From contig CALSNU010000002.1 of assembly GCA_943787795.1 (NCBI GenBank), positions 256,001 to 320,000 of the forward strand: a DNA stretch of 64,000 nt, read 5' to 3'. How positions within the stretch are numbered: position 1 is the first letter of the stretch; each line of letters opens with the position of its first letter. A program made the position numbers and the translations under genes. This DNA is from an uncultured bacterium (lineage in GTDB: Bacteria; Planctomycetota; UBA1135; GCA-002686595). Of this stretch, positions 20,534-29,429 are shown in pieces. The notes below the pieces were generated by a model. The model saw nothing but the letters and a program-made list of their open reading frames with translations. It did no database searches and was not told where the DNA came from.

Positions 20534-21318
20534 GACGTTCTGGAGCGACCGCTCTGGGCGGCTCGCACGATCTGACGGTTGATCTGGGCCGCGGCGAAAC
20601 CAGCGCCGAACCCGTTATCGATATTGACGACGGTGACGCCCGACGCACAGGAGTTGAGCATGCCGAGGAGCGCTGCGACACCCCCGAGGCTGGCTCCGTA
20701 GCCCACGGAGGTGGGAACGGCGATCACAGGTCGGTCCACGAGCCCGCCCACGACGCTGGGCAGCGCCCCCTCCATGCCCGCGACCACGACGATCACGTTG
20801 GCCTCCTGGATCCGAGGCGCGACGGAGAGGATCCGGTGGATCCCTGCGACCCCGACGTCCGGGATCTGCTCCACGATGGAGCCGAGGAAGCGGGCGGTCG
20901 TCGCCGCCTCCCTGGCCACCGGCGCGTCGCTCGTCCCCGCGCTGATGATGACCACGTCGCCCGTCGCCTCCGGCAGCTCGCCGCCCGTGACCGTCGCCGC
21001 CCGATCGTCGACCTCGACCTCCATGGACTTCGAGAGGGCGGCGCGCCCGGCAGGCTGCACTCGCGTGGCAAGAAAGCGGCCATGGGCCCCCAGCAGCGCG
21101 CTGCAGATCTCCACGAGCTCCTCGGGGGACTTGCCCTCGCCGTACACCACCTCGGCGTGCCCGCAACGACCCTCACGGTCCGTATCCAGCCGAGAGTGGC
21201 CCAGATCGAGCTGCCCGGCGCGACCGAAGGCATCGAGAACAGAGCCGACGCCCTCCTCGGGAGTGACCTTTCCGTCCTGAATGGACCGAAGGAGGACTTC
21301 TAGAGCGCGCCTATCCAC
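20530..21318 (-). CDS. larB: Nickel pincer cofactor biosynthesis protein LarB (PurE-like)
   Basis: EVVYGEGK, AGTSD, DVGVAGIHR, AGMEGALPSVVGG, AVPTSVGYG, VVNIDNGFGA. Confidence 0.92.
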   Translation of the reverse strand: MDRRALEVLLRSIQDGKVTPEEGVGSVLDAFGRAGQLDLGHSRLDTDREGRCGHAEVVYGEGKSPEELVEICSALLGAHGRFLATRVQPAGRAALSKSMEVEVDDRAATVTGGELPEATGDVVIISAGTSDAPVAREAATTARFLGSIVEQIPDVGVAGIHRILSVAPRIQEANVIVVVAGMEGALPSVVGGLVDRPVIAVPTSVGYGASLGGVAALLGMLNSCASGVTVVNIDNGFGAGFAAAQINRQIVRAAQSGRSRTS

Positions 21319-21453
21319 AGCGGGGGCCGATTCTACCGGGGCGGCAAGGCCGGGGGGGTGCTCCCTGAACTGGATCCCTCCACGGAAGGGCCCATGCGAA
21401 TCCCGGCGCCTCTCGCCGGGGCCGCGCCGCCGCCCCCAGGGCGGGGCGAGCCT

Positions 21454-22506
21454 TCACCGGTCGAGCGACCGGGGAGAGGCGTCCACGTCCAGCCCAGCGA
21501 CCAGCCCGGCCTCGAGCCGTCGCCAGCCGAGCCCGGCGATCATCACCGCGTTGTCGGTGCAGTAGGCCGGCGAGGGAAAGAAGGCCCGGACGTTCTGCGC
21601 CGCCCCACGCGCGTGCATCACTTCCCGGAGTCGGTGGTTACAGGCGACCCCTCCGGCCACGAGCACCTGACCCACCCCGCGCTGCTCCGCAGCGCGCAGG
21701 GTCTGGGTGACGAGCGTGTCCACGACGGCCTCCTCGAAGGACGCGGCCACGTCCGCCCGGTCCAGGATCTCGTCGGGGGGCGGGGTCGGCTGGAGCGCGT
21801 CGCCGCCCCTGAGGTGATACAGGACCGCCGTCTTGAGCCCGCTGAACGAGAAGCCGATGGCCCGCTGCTCCGCGCCCGGCTTCCGCTTGGGGAAGTAGCG
21901 AGGGAAGGCGATGGCGTCACGACGCCCCTCCAGCGCCAAACGCGCCACCGACGGGCCGCCGGGATACGCCAGGCCCAGGAGCCAGGCCACCTTGTCAAAG
22001 GCCTCCCCCGCAGCGTCATCCAGCGTCGTCGCGATCCGGGTCATGTCGAGGGGCGAGCGCACCTCGTAGAGCGCCGTATGCCCGCCCGAGACCACGAGCG
22101 CGAGGCAAGGGAAGTGCACCGCGTCAGGCTCCTCCATCGTGGCCGCATAGACGTGGGCCTCGATGTGGTCCACGTCCACCAGCGGCAGCCCGGTCGACCA
22201 GCAGAGAGCCTTCGCTGCGGACAGGCCCACCAGGAGCGAACCGATGAGGCCCGGCCGAGCGGTGACCGCGATGCCCGCCAGGTCGCCGAGCTCGACGCCG
22301 GCGTCCGCGAGCGCCTGGTCAATGGCGGGCAAGATCGCCTCGAGGTGTGAGCGCCCGGCGACCTCGGGGACCACGCCGCCGAACTGTGCGTGCTCCGCGG
22401 CCTGGCTGAAGACAACGTTCGAGTGGACCTCGACGCCGGCCTCGACGACCGCAGCCGCGGTCTCGTCGCAGGACGACTCGATCCCGAGGATCAGATCTCT
22501 ACCCAT
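21454..22506 (-). CDS. tsaD: tRNA N6-adenosine threonylcarbamoyltransferase TsaD
   Basis: LGIESSCDET, HIEAH, VSGGHT, DDAAGEAFDK, FSFSGLKT, CTDNAVMI. Confidence 0.97.
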   Translation of the reverse strand: MGRDLILGIESSCDETAAAVVEAGVEVHSNVVFSQAAEHAQFGGVVPEVAGRSHLEAILPAIDQALADAGVELGDLAGIAVTARPGLIGSLLVGLSAAKALCWSTGLPLVDVDHIEAHVYAATMEEPDAVHFPCLALVVSGGHTALYEVRSPLDMTRIATTLDDAAGEAFDKVAWLLGLAYPGGPSVARLALEGRRDAIAFPRYFPKRKPGAEQRAIGFSFSGLKTAVLYHLRGGDALQPTPPPDEILDRADVAASFEEAVVDTLVTQTLRAAEQRGVGQVLVAGGVACNHRLREVMHARGAAQNVRAFFPSPAYCTDNAVMIAGLGWRRLEAGLVAGLDVDASPRSLDR

Positions 22507-22521
22507 ATGGACCCCTTCGGC

Positions 22522-23871
22522 TCAGTCTCCTCGCCCGCGCCGTCGCGCGGGCGCGGGGTGTTCTCCTCTCAGGAGCGCGCACGCAGCGTCGAGCTGCGGG
22601 TCACCCGGAGCCTCAGGCAGGACCACGCCGCCCTCTGAAGCCGCCCACGCCTCCAGCTCCCCGAGCATCGTCTCCGGAGGATCGTAGCGGGCGATCCAGC
22701 CGTGGATCTGATCGCGTTGTTCAGGGTCGATCTCCACGACCAGGTCGGGGAGGATCCCGCTGGTCCGGTCCGGGTCCGCGCTCTTCTCGAAGTTGCGGCG
22801 GCTCGGCGAGTAGTAGTAGCCGCTGGTGACCTTTGCCCGGCTCCCGAAGCGTGGGAAGGACTGGGTCATCTGGATCATCCCCTTGCCATACGTCGGCGCC
22901 CCCACGACCACCCCACGCCGGTAGTCCTGCAGCGCGCCAGCGAAGACCTCGCTCGCGCTCGCCGTGTCTCCGTCCACGAGCACGACCAGGCCCATACCCT
23001 CGAACAGGGCCTCGATCTCGCCGGCCTCGTAGGACGCGCTGCGGGTCCGCCCCTCGGAGGTCACGATCACCCCCTCGCCGATGAAGCGAGACGCCATGTG
23101 GACCGCCGCATCAAGGACACCGCCGAGGTTGAAGCGCAGGTCCACCACGAGCGAATCGGCGCCCTGCTCCCTGAGCGCAAGCACCGCCGCGTCGAACTCC
23201 TCCGCCGTCCGATGGCTGAAGGACCGCACCGCGAGATAGCCCGTGGCCGGAGCCGCGCGCAGGATCCCTGCGTGCCGGACGGTGGGGTCCAGCAGCATCG
23301 CAGGCTCGATCACCACGGCTCGCAGCTCCCCGTCGAGACCCTCCACGAGCAGCCCGATCTCACTTCGTCCGCGGGCGGAGAGGAGCGCACGGATCTCGGG
23401 GCCGGAGAGGCCTTCGATGGCCGTGCCATCCACCTCCACGAAGCGGTCCCCCACCCGCACCCCCGCGCTCGTAGCCGGCGAGCCCGTGAGCGGAAACAGG
23501 ACCTGCCCCCGGGAAATCGGAGACCTGAAGACCACCCCGATCCCCCGGAAGTCGCCGTCGATCTCTCGCCTCGCTTGCTCGGAGCTCTCGGCATCGTAGT
23601 AGCGCGAATAGGGGTCGAGGCCGTCGAGCATGCCCGAGAGCGCGCGAGTGACCAGCTCGTCCGACGCCATCTCGCGCACGAAGTGCCGGCGCGCGAAGTC
23701 CTGCACCGCCTCGAACTCGGCGGTCGCGGGGTCTTCGGGCTCGGGGAACAGCAGGAACGCGATCATCAAGACCAGCATTCCCGACATCATCCCGAGCGCG
23801 AAGATCGCGATCGCAGCCTGGCCCGAGCCCTGGGCTCGGGCCGAGGAGCCGTGATATGGATCACCACCCAC
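22522..23871 (-). CDS. S41 family C-terminal processing protease (CtpA-like)
   Basis: LDPYSRY, PDZ region, DLRFNLGG, TASASE, TYGKG. Confidence 0.92.
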   Translation of the reverse strand: MGGDPYHGSSARAQGSGQAAIAIFALGMMSGMLVLMIAFLLFPEPEDPATAEFEAVQDFARRHFVREMASDELVTRALSGMLDGLDPYSRYYDAESSEQARREIDGDFRGIGVVFRSPISRGQVLFPLTGSPATSAGVRVGDRFVEVDGTAIEGLSGPEIRALLSARGRSEIGLLVEGLDGELRAVVIEPAMLLDPTVRHAGILRAAPATGYLAVRSFSHRTAEEFDAAVLALREQGADSLVVDLRFNLGGVLDAAVHMASRFIGEGVIVTSEGRTRSASYEAGEIEALFEGMGLVVLVDGDTASASEVFAGALQDYRRGVVVGAPTYGKGMIQMTQSFPRFGSRAKVTSGYYYSPSRRNFEKSADPDRTSGILPDLVVEIDPEQRDQIHGWIARYDPPETMLGELEAWAASEGGVVLPEAPGDPQLDAACALLRGEHPAPARRRGRGD

Positions 23872-23883
23872 CAGGAACCCTGC

Positions 23884-24741
23884 TCAGGCCATCATGGCCT
23901 CGAGCTCGGCACCCTCGATGCCCAGCTCGACGAGCGCCCTGCGAGCGTCCTCATCCCCAGGCGCCACGCCGTGCCATCCGGGCTGGTTCTCCATGAAGGA
24001 GACGCCCTTGCCGATCAGGGTGTGGCAGATGAGAGCGGTGGGACGCTCGGTCTCCTCACGCGCGGCCACGAGCGCCGCGTCGATGGCGTCGATGTCATGT
24101 CCGTCGACGTCCAGGGCATGCCAGCCGAAGGCCTCGTACTTTGCGCGGAGGTCGCGAACGTCCATGACGTCGCGCATGTAGCCGTCGATCTGGACGTTGT
24201 TGAAGTCCACCAGCACCGTGAGATTGGAGGCCCCGTAGTGGGCCGCGGCGGTGGCCGCCTCCCAGATCTGGCCCTCCTGACTCTCTCCGTCCGAGGACGC
24301 GCTGTAGATCCGCGAGTCCCAGCCGTTGGACTTGGCCGCGAGCGCCATGCCGAGAGCGACCGAGAGGCTGTTGCCGAGCGAACCGGTGGAGAAGTCGATC
24401 CCCATGTCCGGTGTTCGGTGCGGGTGCCCCTGAAGGCGGGAGCCCATCTTCCTGAAGGTGAGCAGCTCATCCCTGGGGATCAGCCCCTTCTGGGAGAGGA
24501 TCGAGTAGTACCCCGCGCAGGTGTGCCCGTTGCCGAGCACGAAGCGGTCACGGTCGGGCCGGTTCAGGGTCTCTGGCGTGAGGTTCATGTGACGCGTGAA
24601 GAGCGTCGCCATGAAGTCGGCCATGCCGATGGGTCCGCCCGGGTGCCCACACGCAGCAGCGTGCACCATCCGGACGGTGTCGATGCGAATCTGTCGAGCA
24701 GCGGTCTCGACGGCAGCCCGGTCTTGTTGGGAGAGCGTCAT
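23884..24741 (-). CDS. Transketolase, N-terminal (TPP-binding) subunit
   Basis: GHPGG, DRDRFVL, LQGHP, STGSLG, SDGESQEGQIWEA, GKGVSFME, WHG. Confidence 0.93.
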   Translation of the reverse strand: MTLSQQDRAAVETAARQIRIDTVRMVHAAACGHPGGPIGMADFMATLFTRHMNLTPETLNRPDRDRFVLGNGHTCAGYYSILSQKGLIPRDELLTFRKMGSRLQGHPHRTPDMGIDFSTGSLGNSLSVALGMALAAKSNGWDSRIYSASSDGESQEGQIWEAATAAAHYGASNLTVLVDFNNVQIDGYMRDVMDVRDLRAKYEAFGWHALDVDGHDIDAIDAALVAAREETERPTALICHTLIGKGVSFMENQPGWHGVAPGDEDARRALVELGIEGAELEAMMA

Positions 24742-24745
24742 GGAT

Positions 24746-25732
24746 TCAGGCCTGCTTGCGATTGAGGAGTTGCTGGGCGCGCGCCACGAGGCCCGCAGCA
24801 TCCAGTCCGTAGTGGGCGAGGAGCTCGTCTCCCGTGCCGCTCTGCCCGAAGGAGCCGCTCATTCCGCACATCTCCATGGGCACAGGGTGCGTCCCGACCA
24901 CCGCCTGGGCGACCGCCTCACCGAGGCCGCCGTTCTCCTGATGCTCCTCGGCGGTCAGGATGGCGCCGCAGTCACGGGCAGCGCTGGCGATCGAGTCGCG
25001 GTCCAAGGGGGAGATCGTCGACATGTTCAGCACGCGCGCCTCGATCCCCATGCCGGAGAGGATGTCCGCGGCCTCGATGGCCGCAGCGACCGTCACGCCC
25101 ATGGCGACGATCGCGAGGTCCCCGCCTTCGCGCAGCATCGCCGCCTTGCCGAACTCGAAGCGATAGTCCTCGGAGAAGACGATCGGAGTGGACGCCCGCG
25201 AGAGGCGAACGTAGACGGGTCCCGGAATCTCCGCTGCTGCGAGGACCGCCTGGCGAGCCTCGACGGCGTCGGCGGGGACGATGACCTGCATGCCCGGGAT
25301 CACGCGCATGATGGTGACGTCCTCGAGCATCTGGTGGGACTTGCCGTCCTCGCCGACCGTGAGGCCGGCGTGGGTCGCACAGATCTTGACGTTGAGCTCG
25401 GGGACGCAGACGCTCTGGCGGATCTGCTCGAAGGCCTTGCCCGTCGCGAACATCGCAAAGGAGCTGGCGAAGGCCACCTTGCCCTGCGAGGCGAGACCCG
25501 CCGCCACGCCGATCATGTTGGCCTCGGCGACGCCCATGTTGAAGAAGCGGTCCGGGTGCGCCTTGCCGAAGGCTTTGGTCTTCGTTGATCCGGAGAGGTC
25601 GGCGTCGAGGACGACGACGTCCGGATTGGAGGCGCCAAGCTCGAGCAGCGCCTCGCCATACGCATTCCGGGTGGCGGCCTTGCGGGCCTCCACACCATCG
25701 AAGAGCGGCGCGAGTTCGGGGGTTGCGATCAT
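24746..25732 (-). CDS. Transketolase, C-terminal subunit
   Basis: ATRNAYG, DADLSGST, GVAEANM, GEDGKSHQ, EEHQENGGLG. Confidence 0.93.
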   Translation of the reverse strand: MIATPELAPLFDGVEARKAATRNAYGEALLELGASNPDVVVLDADLSGSTKTKAFGKAHPDRFFNMGVAEANMIGVAAGLASQGKVAFASSFAMFATGKAFEQIRQSVCVPELNVKICATHAGLTVGEDGKSHQMLEDVTIMRVIPGMQVIVPADAVEARQAVLAAAEIPGPVYVRLSRASTPIVFSEDYRFEFGKAAMLREGGDLAIVAMGVTVAAAIEAADILSGMGIEARVLNMSTISPLDRDSIASAARDCGAILTAEEHQENGGLGEAVAQAVVGTHPVPMEMCGMSGSFGQSGTGDELLAHYGLDAAGLVARAQQLLNRKQA

Positions 25733-25969
25733 GGGCGGGGGGGCCTTCGCGAGGGGTTGGGGGTGCTCGCCGGGACCGCGCCCCGGCTGCGAATCGCCGT
25801 TGTACCGCGAGGACGGAAGCTCCGTCCACGCGCTCTCGGTGGAAGTCTGCGTGGATCACACAGGTCGAGAGTGACTCCAGACGAGGTCCCAGGGACCTCC
25901 CGCTGGGACACCCTCCGGAAGCCGCCGAACCTGACCGCCCATCCCGTAACCTGTGGGGAGGCTCCAGCC

Positions 25970-25985
25970 TGGCACGCTTCCTGCT
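25970..25985 (+). promoter_or_regulatory. Putative sigma54 (-24/-12) promoter
   Basis: TGGCACG-CTTC-CTGCT versus consensus TGGCACG-N4-TTGCW (one mismatch), 38 nt before ATG 26024. Confidence 0.65.
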
Positions 25986-26023
25986 GGTGAGCAGGACGTC
26001 CTCGGACCCCACACCCGATCGCC

Positions 26024-27286
26024 ATGATGAACAGCATCCGGAACCCACAGATCCTCGCGGCCGCCCTGGCTGGAGCATTATTGAGCGCCACCCAGGCTCC
26101 CGCCGCTCCGGCTCAGGACCGGCCTCCGGCCACCCTCGAACTCGCCCAGCGGACCTTCAAGAAGCTGGACGCCAATCAGGACGGGGCCATCTCTCTGACA
26201 GAAGCCCGGCGCGGCGGTCTGACCGTGTCGTCATTCAACAGCCAGGATGCCGACGCCGACCAGCGCCTCTCCGAGGAGGAGTTCACGCTCCTGTATCGGG
26301 GGCTGCTCTCCAGCAGGGGATACCCCATCGCGACGGACCTCGACCGCGCGGTGAAGGACATTCAAGACGGGCGCAAGAAGGCCGCAGAGGCGCAGCGGGT
26401 CCAAGAAGCCCGCAAGAAACAGGCAGAGCTGGACGCCAAGCGCACCCAGGACGCGCGCCAGAAGCAGGCCCAGCAGAGCGCCGAGGCACGCACCGCCGCC
26501 GCCCGCAAGCAGCAGGCGGACCTCGACGCCAAGCGCACCCAGGACGCACGCCAGAAGCAGGCCCAGCAGAGCGCCGAGGCACGCACCGCCGCCGCCCGCA
26601 AGCAGCAGGCGGACCTCGACGCCAAGCGCACCCAGGACGCACGCCAGAAGCAGGCCCAGCAGAGCGCCGAGGCACGCACCGCCGCCGCCCGCAAGCAGCA
26701 GGCGGACCTCGACGCCAAGCGCACCCAGGACGCACGCCAGAAGCAGGCCCAGCAGAGCGCCGAGGCACGCACCGCCGCCGCCCGCAAGCAGCAGGCGGAC
26801 CTCGACGCCAAGCGCACCCAGGACGCACGCCAGAAGCAGGCCCAGCAGAGCGCCGAGGCACGCACCGCCGCCGCCCGCAAGCAGCAGGCGGACCTCGACG
26901 CCAAGCGCACCCAGGACGCACGCCAGAAGCAGGCCCAGCAGAGCGCCGAGGCACGCACCGCCGCCGCTCGCAAGCAGCAGGCCGAGCTCGACGCCAAGCG
27001 CATCGAGGAGGCGCGCAAGAAGCAGGCCCAGCAGAGCGCCGAGGCACGCACCGCCGCCGCCCGCAAGAAGCAGGCGGACCTCGACGCTCAGCGCGCCCAG
27101 GACGCACGCAAGAAGCAGGCTTCTGGCGGTGACGGGACAGATCGCCCGAAACCGACCCAGGTTCCGACGAAGCCCAAGAAGGTCAAGAAGGCCCGAAAGC
27201 CCACGGATGGCGCGACTCCGCCGGCCGCTGACTCCAAGGGGCGCCCCGGCGGAAGCCCCGGCGGAAGCGACGGCACGCGCCCCTGA
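26024..27286 (+). CDS. Secreted EF-hand protein with 31-aa coiled-coil tandem repeats and basic/Pro-rich tail
   Basis: Signal peptide; DANQDGAISLTE and DADADQRLSEEE EF-hand loops; repeat ARKQQADLDAKRTQDARQKQAQQSAEARTAA. Confidence 0.8.
   Translation: MMNSIRNPQILAAALAGALLSATQAPAAPAQDRPPATLELAQRTFKKLDANQDGAISLTEARRGGLTVSSFNSQDADADQRLSEEEFTLLYRGLLSSRGYPIATDLDRAVKDIQDGRKKAAEAQRVQEARKKQAELDAKRTQDARQKQAQQSAEARTAAARKQQADLDAKRTQDARQKQAQQSAEARTAAARKQQADLDAKRTQDARQKQAQQSAEARTAAARKQQADLDAKRTQDARQKQAQQSAEARTAAARKQQADLDAKRTQDARQKQAQQSAEARTAAARKQQADLDAKRTQDARQKQAQQSAEARTAAARKQQAELDAKRIEEARKKQAQQSAEARTAAARKKQADLDAQRAQDARKKQASGGDGTDRPKPTQVPTKPKKVKKARKPTDGATPPAADSKGRPGGSPGGSDGTRP
26408..27120 (+). repeat. 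93-bp coding tandem repeat, about 7.7 copies
   Basis: Units start at 26408, 26501, 26594, 26687, 26780, 26873, 26966, 27059; the five central units appear identical. Confidence 0.95.
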
Positions 27287-27327
27287 CGGGCTGACTCCGA
27301 CGAGCCCGGGGACCTGTCACCCAAGCG

Positions 27328-27366
27328 CGCGGGCCCCGTCTCCCCAGGAGGGAGGCGGGGCCCGCG
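27328..27366. terminator. Inverted repeat between convergent genes
   Basis: CGCGGGCCCCGTCTCCC...GGGAGGCGGGGCCCGCG stem with one G-U pair. Confidence 0.7.
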
Positions 27367-27419
27367 TTGGTCAGAAGCCCGAAGAGTTCGGGACCTTGAT
27401 CGCGTCAGGAGGTGTGGCG

Positions 27420-27779
27420 TCAGAAGGTGCTGTGCTCCGGCGCGTTGTTCTGGACCGTTGACTCACCAGCCTGCCAGTGGAAGCCGCCTTCGAGGCCGCC
27501 GTTGGCGCCGGGGATGAACACCCGGTTCGGGTTGTGCTCGTCCACTGCGCAGCCGAGACGCTCGAACTCCTTCGAGGTCAGCCGGAGCTCCCGGCGCTGC
27601 GTGGCCAGTCGAGCCACCACGCTCCCCGTCGCGGTCGAGGAGCAGCCTTCGAGCTTCATGGCCTTGAGCGTCCGCTCTAGTTCACGGATTGCGCGACGGC
27701 GGTCTGCGACCTCGTTGAAGATGGACTCCAGCAGGGGGACCAGCTTCGCGGCGTTGTCGTGATCGTATGAGTGCTTCAT
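27420..27779 (-). CDS. Small coiled-coil protein, DUF2203-like
   Basis: YDHDNAAKLVPLL N-terminus, coiled coil, FERLGC, WQAGE; GGAGG RBS upstream. Confidence 0.6.
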   Translation of the reverse strand: MKHSYDHDNAAKLVPLLESIFNEVADRRRAIRELERTLKAMKLEGCSSTATGSVVARLATQRRELRLTSKEFERLGCAVDEHNPNRVFIPGANGGLEGGFHWQAGESTVQNNAPEHSTF

Positions 27780-28001
27780 GGGGGGCCTCCGGTTCAAGGG
27801 ACTCTCGTAAGAGCCGGATCTCGCGCTGCTCCGAAGGGTGGAAACCCAATCCAAACAACGCAGTACCCGGCTCGGCTCAGAGAGTCATCGGCCTCCGGAG
27901 GCCCCGCATGCGCGATACCTCCACTGTTTTGTCGTCCCTGCTCCGAATGAGATTTCGTGTGGCGTCGAGCCACACGCATGTCTCGAAAGAGGCTCGGAAC
28001 G

Positions 28002-28706
28002 TCAGCAGATCGAGATCTCGTCGGGTGCTGCCTCGGCCTGATACGCGTCCCAGATCGCGTCGGCAACGGCCTCCGACGTGGTGACCGCAGCGCCCCCCAG
28101 CGTCTCCTTCCAGGGGCCGAGCCCGGGCGTATCCACGTAGCCTGGGAGCACCGTCGTGACCCGGACTCCCTCGGGCCCCAGATCAGCACGCAGCCCGCGG
28201 GACATCCCTTCGACCCCGGCCTTGGAGGCTGCCATGAGCGACTGCCCGGGCCCCGGCTGACCCGCAAGATGCGCCCCGACGTTGAACACGTGGGCCCGCT
28301 CACTCTCCCGCAGGGACGGGAGCACCTCCGCCATCACGAGAAAAGGACCCGTCAGGTGCACCGCGAGGGCACGCTCCCAGTCATCCACGCCCAGCTCATC
28401 GAAGGGCTTGAACTCCACCAGGCCAGCGCAATTCACGACGATGTCTGTCGTCCCTTCGAAGAAGTCGACAGCGCGGAACACCGCGGCCTCCACCGATCCG
28501 TGGTCCCGCATGTTGGTCTGGCAGGCGTCTCCCTGGCCGCCTGCTGACTCGATCTCGGCGACGATCGCGTCGAGATCTGCGGAGGTTCGAGCGGCAACGG
28601 CGACCATGGCGCCTTCCCGGGCGAATCGCAGCGCGATAGCGCGTCCGATCCCCCGGGTTCCACCGGTGATGAAGACCCTGAGAGGGCTCTGGCTGGAGTC
28701 GGTCAT
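28002..28706 (-). CDS. SDR family oxidoreductase (atypical active site)
   Basis: TGGTRGIG, VNCAG, PGYVDT; MxxxK in place of YxxxK. Confidence 0.88.
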   Translation of the reverse strand: MTDSSQSPLRVFITGGTRGIGRAIALRFAREGAMVAVAARTSADLDAIVAEIESAGGQGDACQTNMRDHGSVEAAVFRAVDFFEGTTDIVVNCAGLVEFKPFDELGVDDWERALAVHLTGPFLVMAEVLPSLRESERAHVFNVGAHLAGQPGPGQSLMAASKAGVEGMSRGLRADLGPEGVRVTTVLPGYVDTPGLGPWKETLGGAAVTTSEAVADAIWDAYQAEAAPDEISIC

Positions 28707-28893
28707 GACGTCGGAGTGTATCCCGGCGCCCCCCTCCGGCGCCCGCGGCGTCGCCACTCCCCGGCAAATGGGCTCGACCCGGGCCCTATGGGGGTAAGCT
28801 TCCGAGCGAGGCCCCTCTCCCCCAGGCCCGCTCTCCGCGCGTCGCGCCTCCGGATCCCCGATCGGGACCGGACCTCACGAACCGTCCATTCCT

Positions 28894-29319
28894 TTGCCGA
28901 TCAACGAGCAAGTCATCCGCTGGAGCGAGATCCGGCTGCCCCACCCCTCGAGGAAGGGCGAACTCATCTCCTGGAAGGTGGATGGGCCGTTCTCCCTGCG
29001 GAGCTACTACGAGGCCGAGGGCTGCGATGAGCGAATCGACCTCGACCTCAGCCATCGAAAGGAGGACGGCACCATCGAGCACTGCCTCAACTGCGGCTCG
29101 TCGGGGCTGAAGCTGCGCATGGAGGCCTCGCGCTCCTCTGCTCTGATGGGCCTGCTGTGGCTGGCGCTCGCGATCGGCCTCGCACCTCTGACCTACGGTC
29201 TCTCGATCGCCGTGGCGGCCTATCCACTCTGGTTCCTGTGGACAAACGCATCGAGGGTCCAGCGATGCACCTCGTGCGGCGCGGAGTTTGTCGACTTCCG
29301 CATGGGGCCCCGCCCCTGA
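28894..29319 (+). CDS. Hypothetical membrane protein with two CxxC pairs flanking a TM hairpin
   Basis: CLNC and CTSC on either side of a two-helix hydrophobic stretch; TTG start. Confidence 0.65.
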   Translation: MPINEQVIRWSEIRLPHPSRKGELISWKVDGPFSLRSYYEAEGCDERIDLDLSHRKEDGTIEHCLNCGSSGLKLRMEASRSSALMGLLWLALAIGLAPLTYGLSIAVAAYPLWFLWTNASRVQRCTSCGAEFVDFRMGPRP

Positions 29320-29342
29320 GTTCGCCCGCGAGAGTCTGAAAC

Positions 29343-29384
29343 ACGAAGAGAGCCCCGCGCAGGACTGCGCGGGGCTCTCTTCGT
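29343..29384. terminator. Long perfect inverted repeat, terminator of porin copy 1
   Basis: ACGAAGAGAGCCCCGCGCAG-GA-CTGCGCGGGGCTCTCTTCGT. Confidence 0.85.
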
Positions 29385-29429
29385 GGATCCTGGATAGGGC
29401 CGGCCCAAGGGCCCGCCCGATCCATCGGA

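Noticed and set aside
26408..27120. Possible CRISPR array
   Set aside because: Units are contiguous 93-bp in-frame coding repeats with no unique spacers, and no cas genes are present
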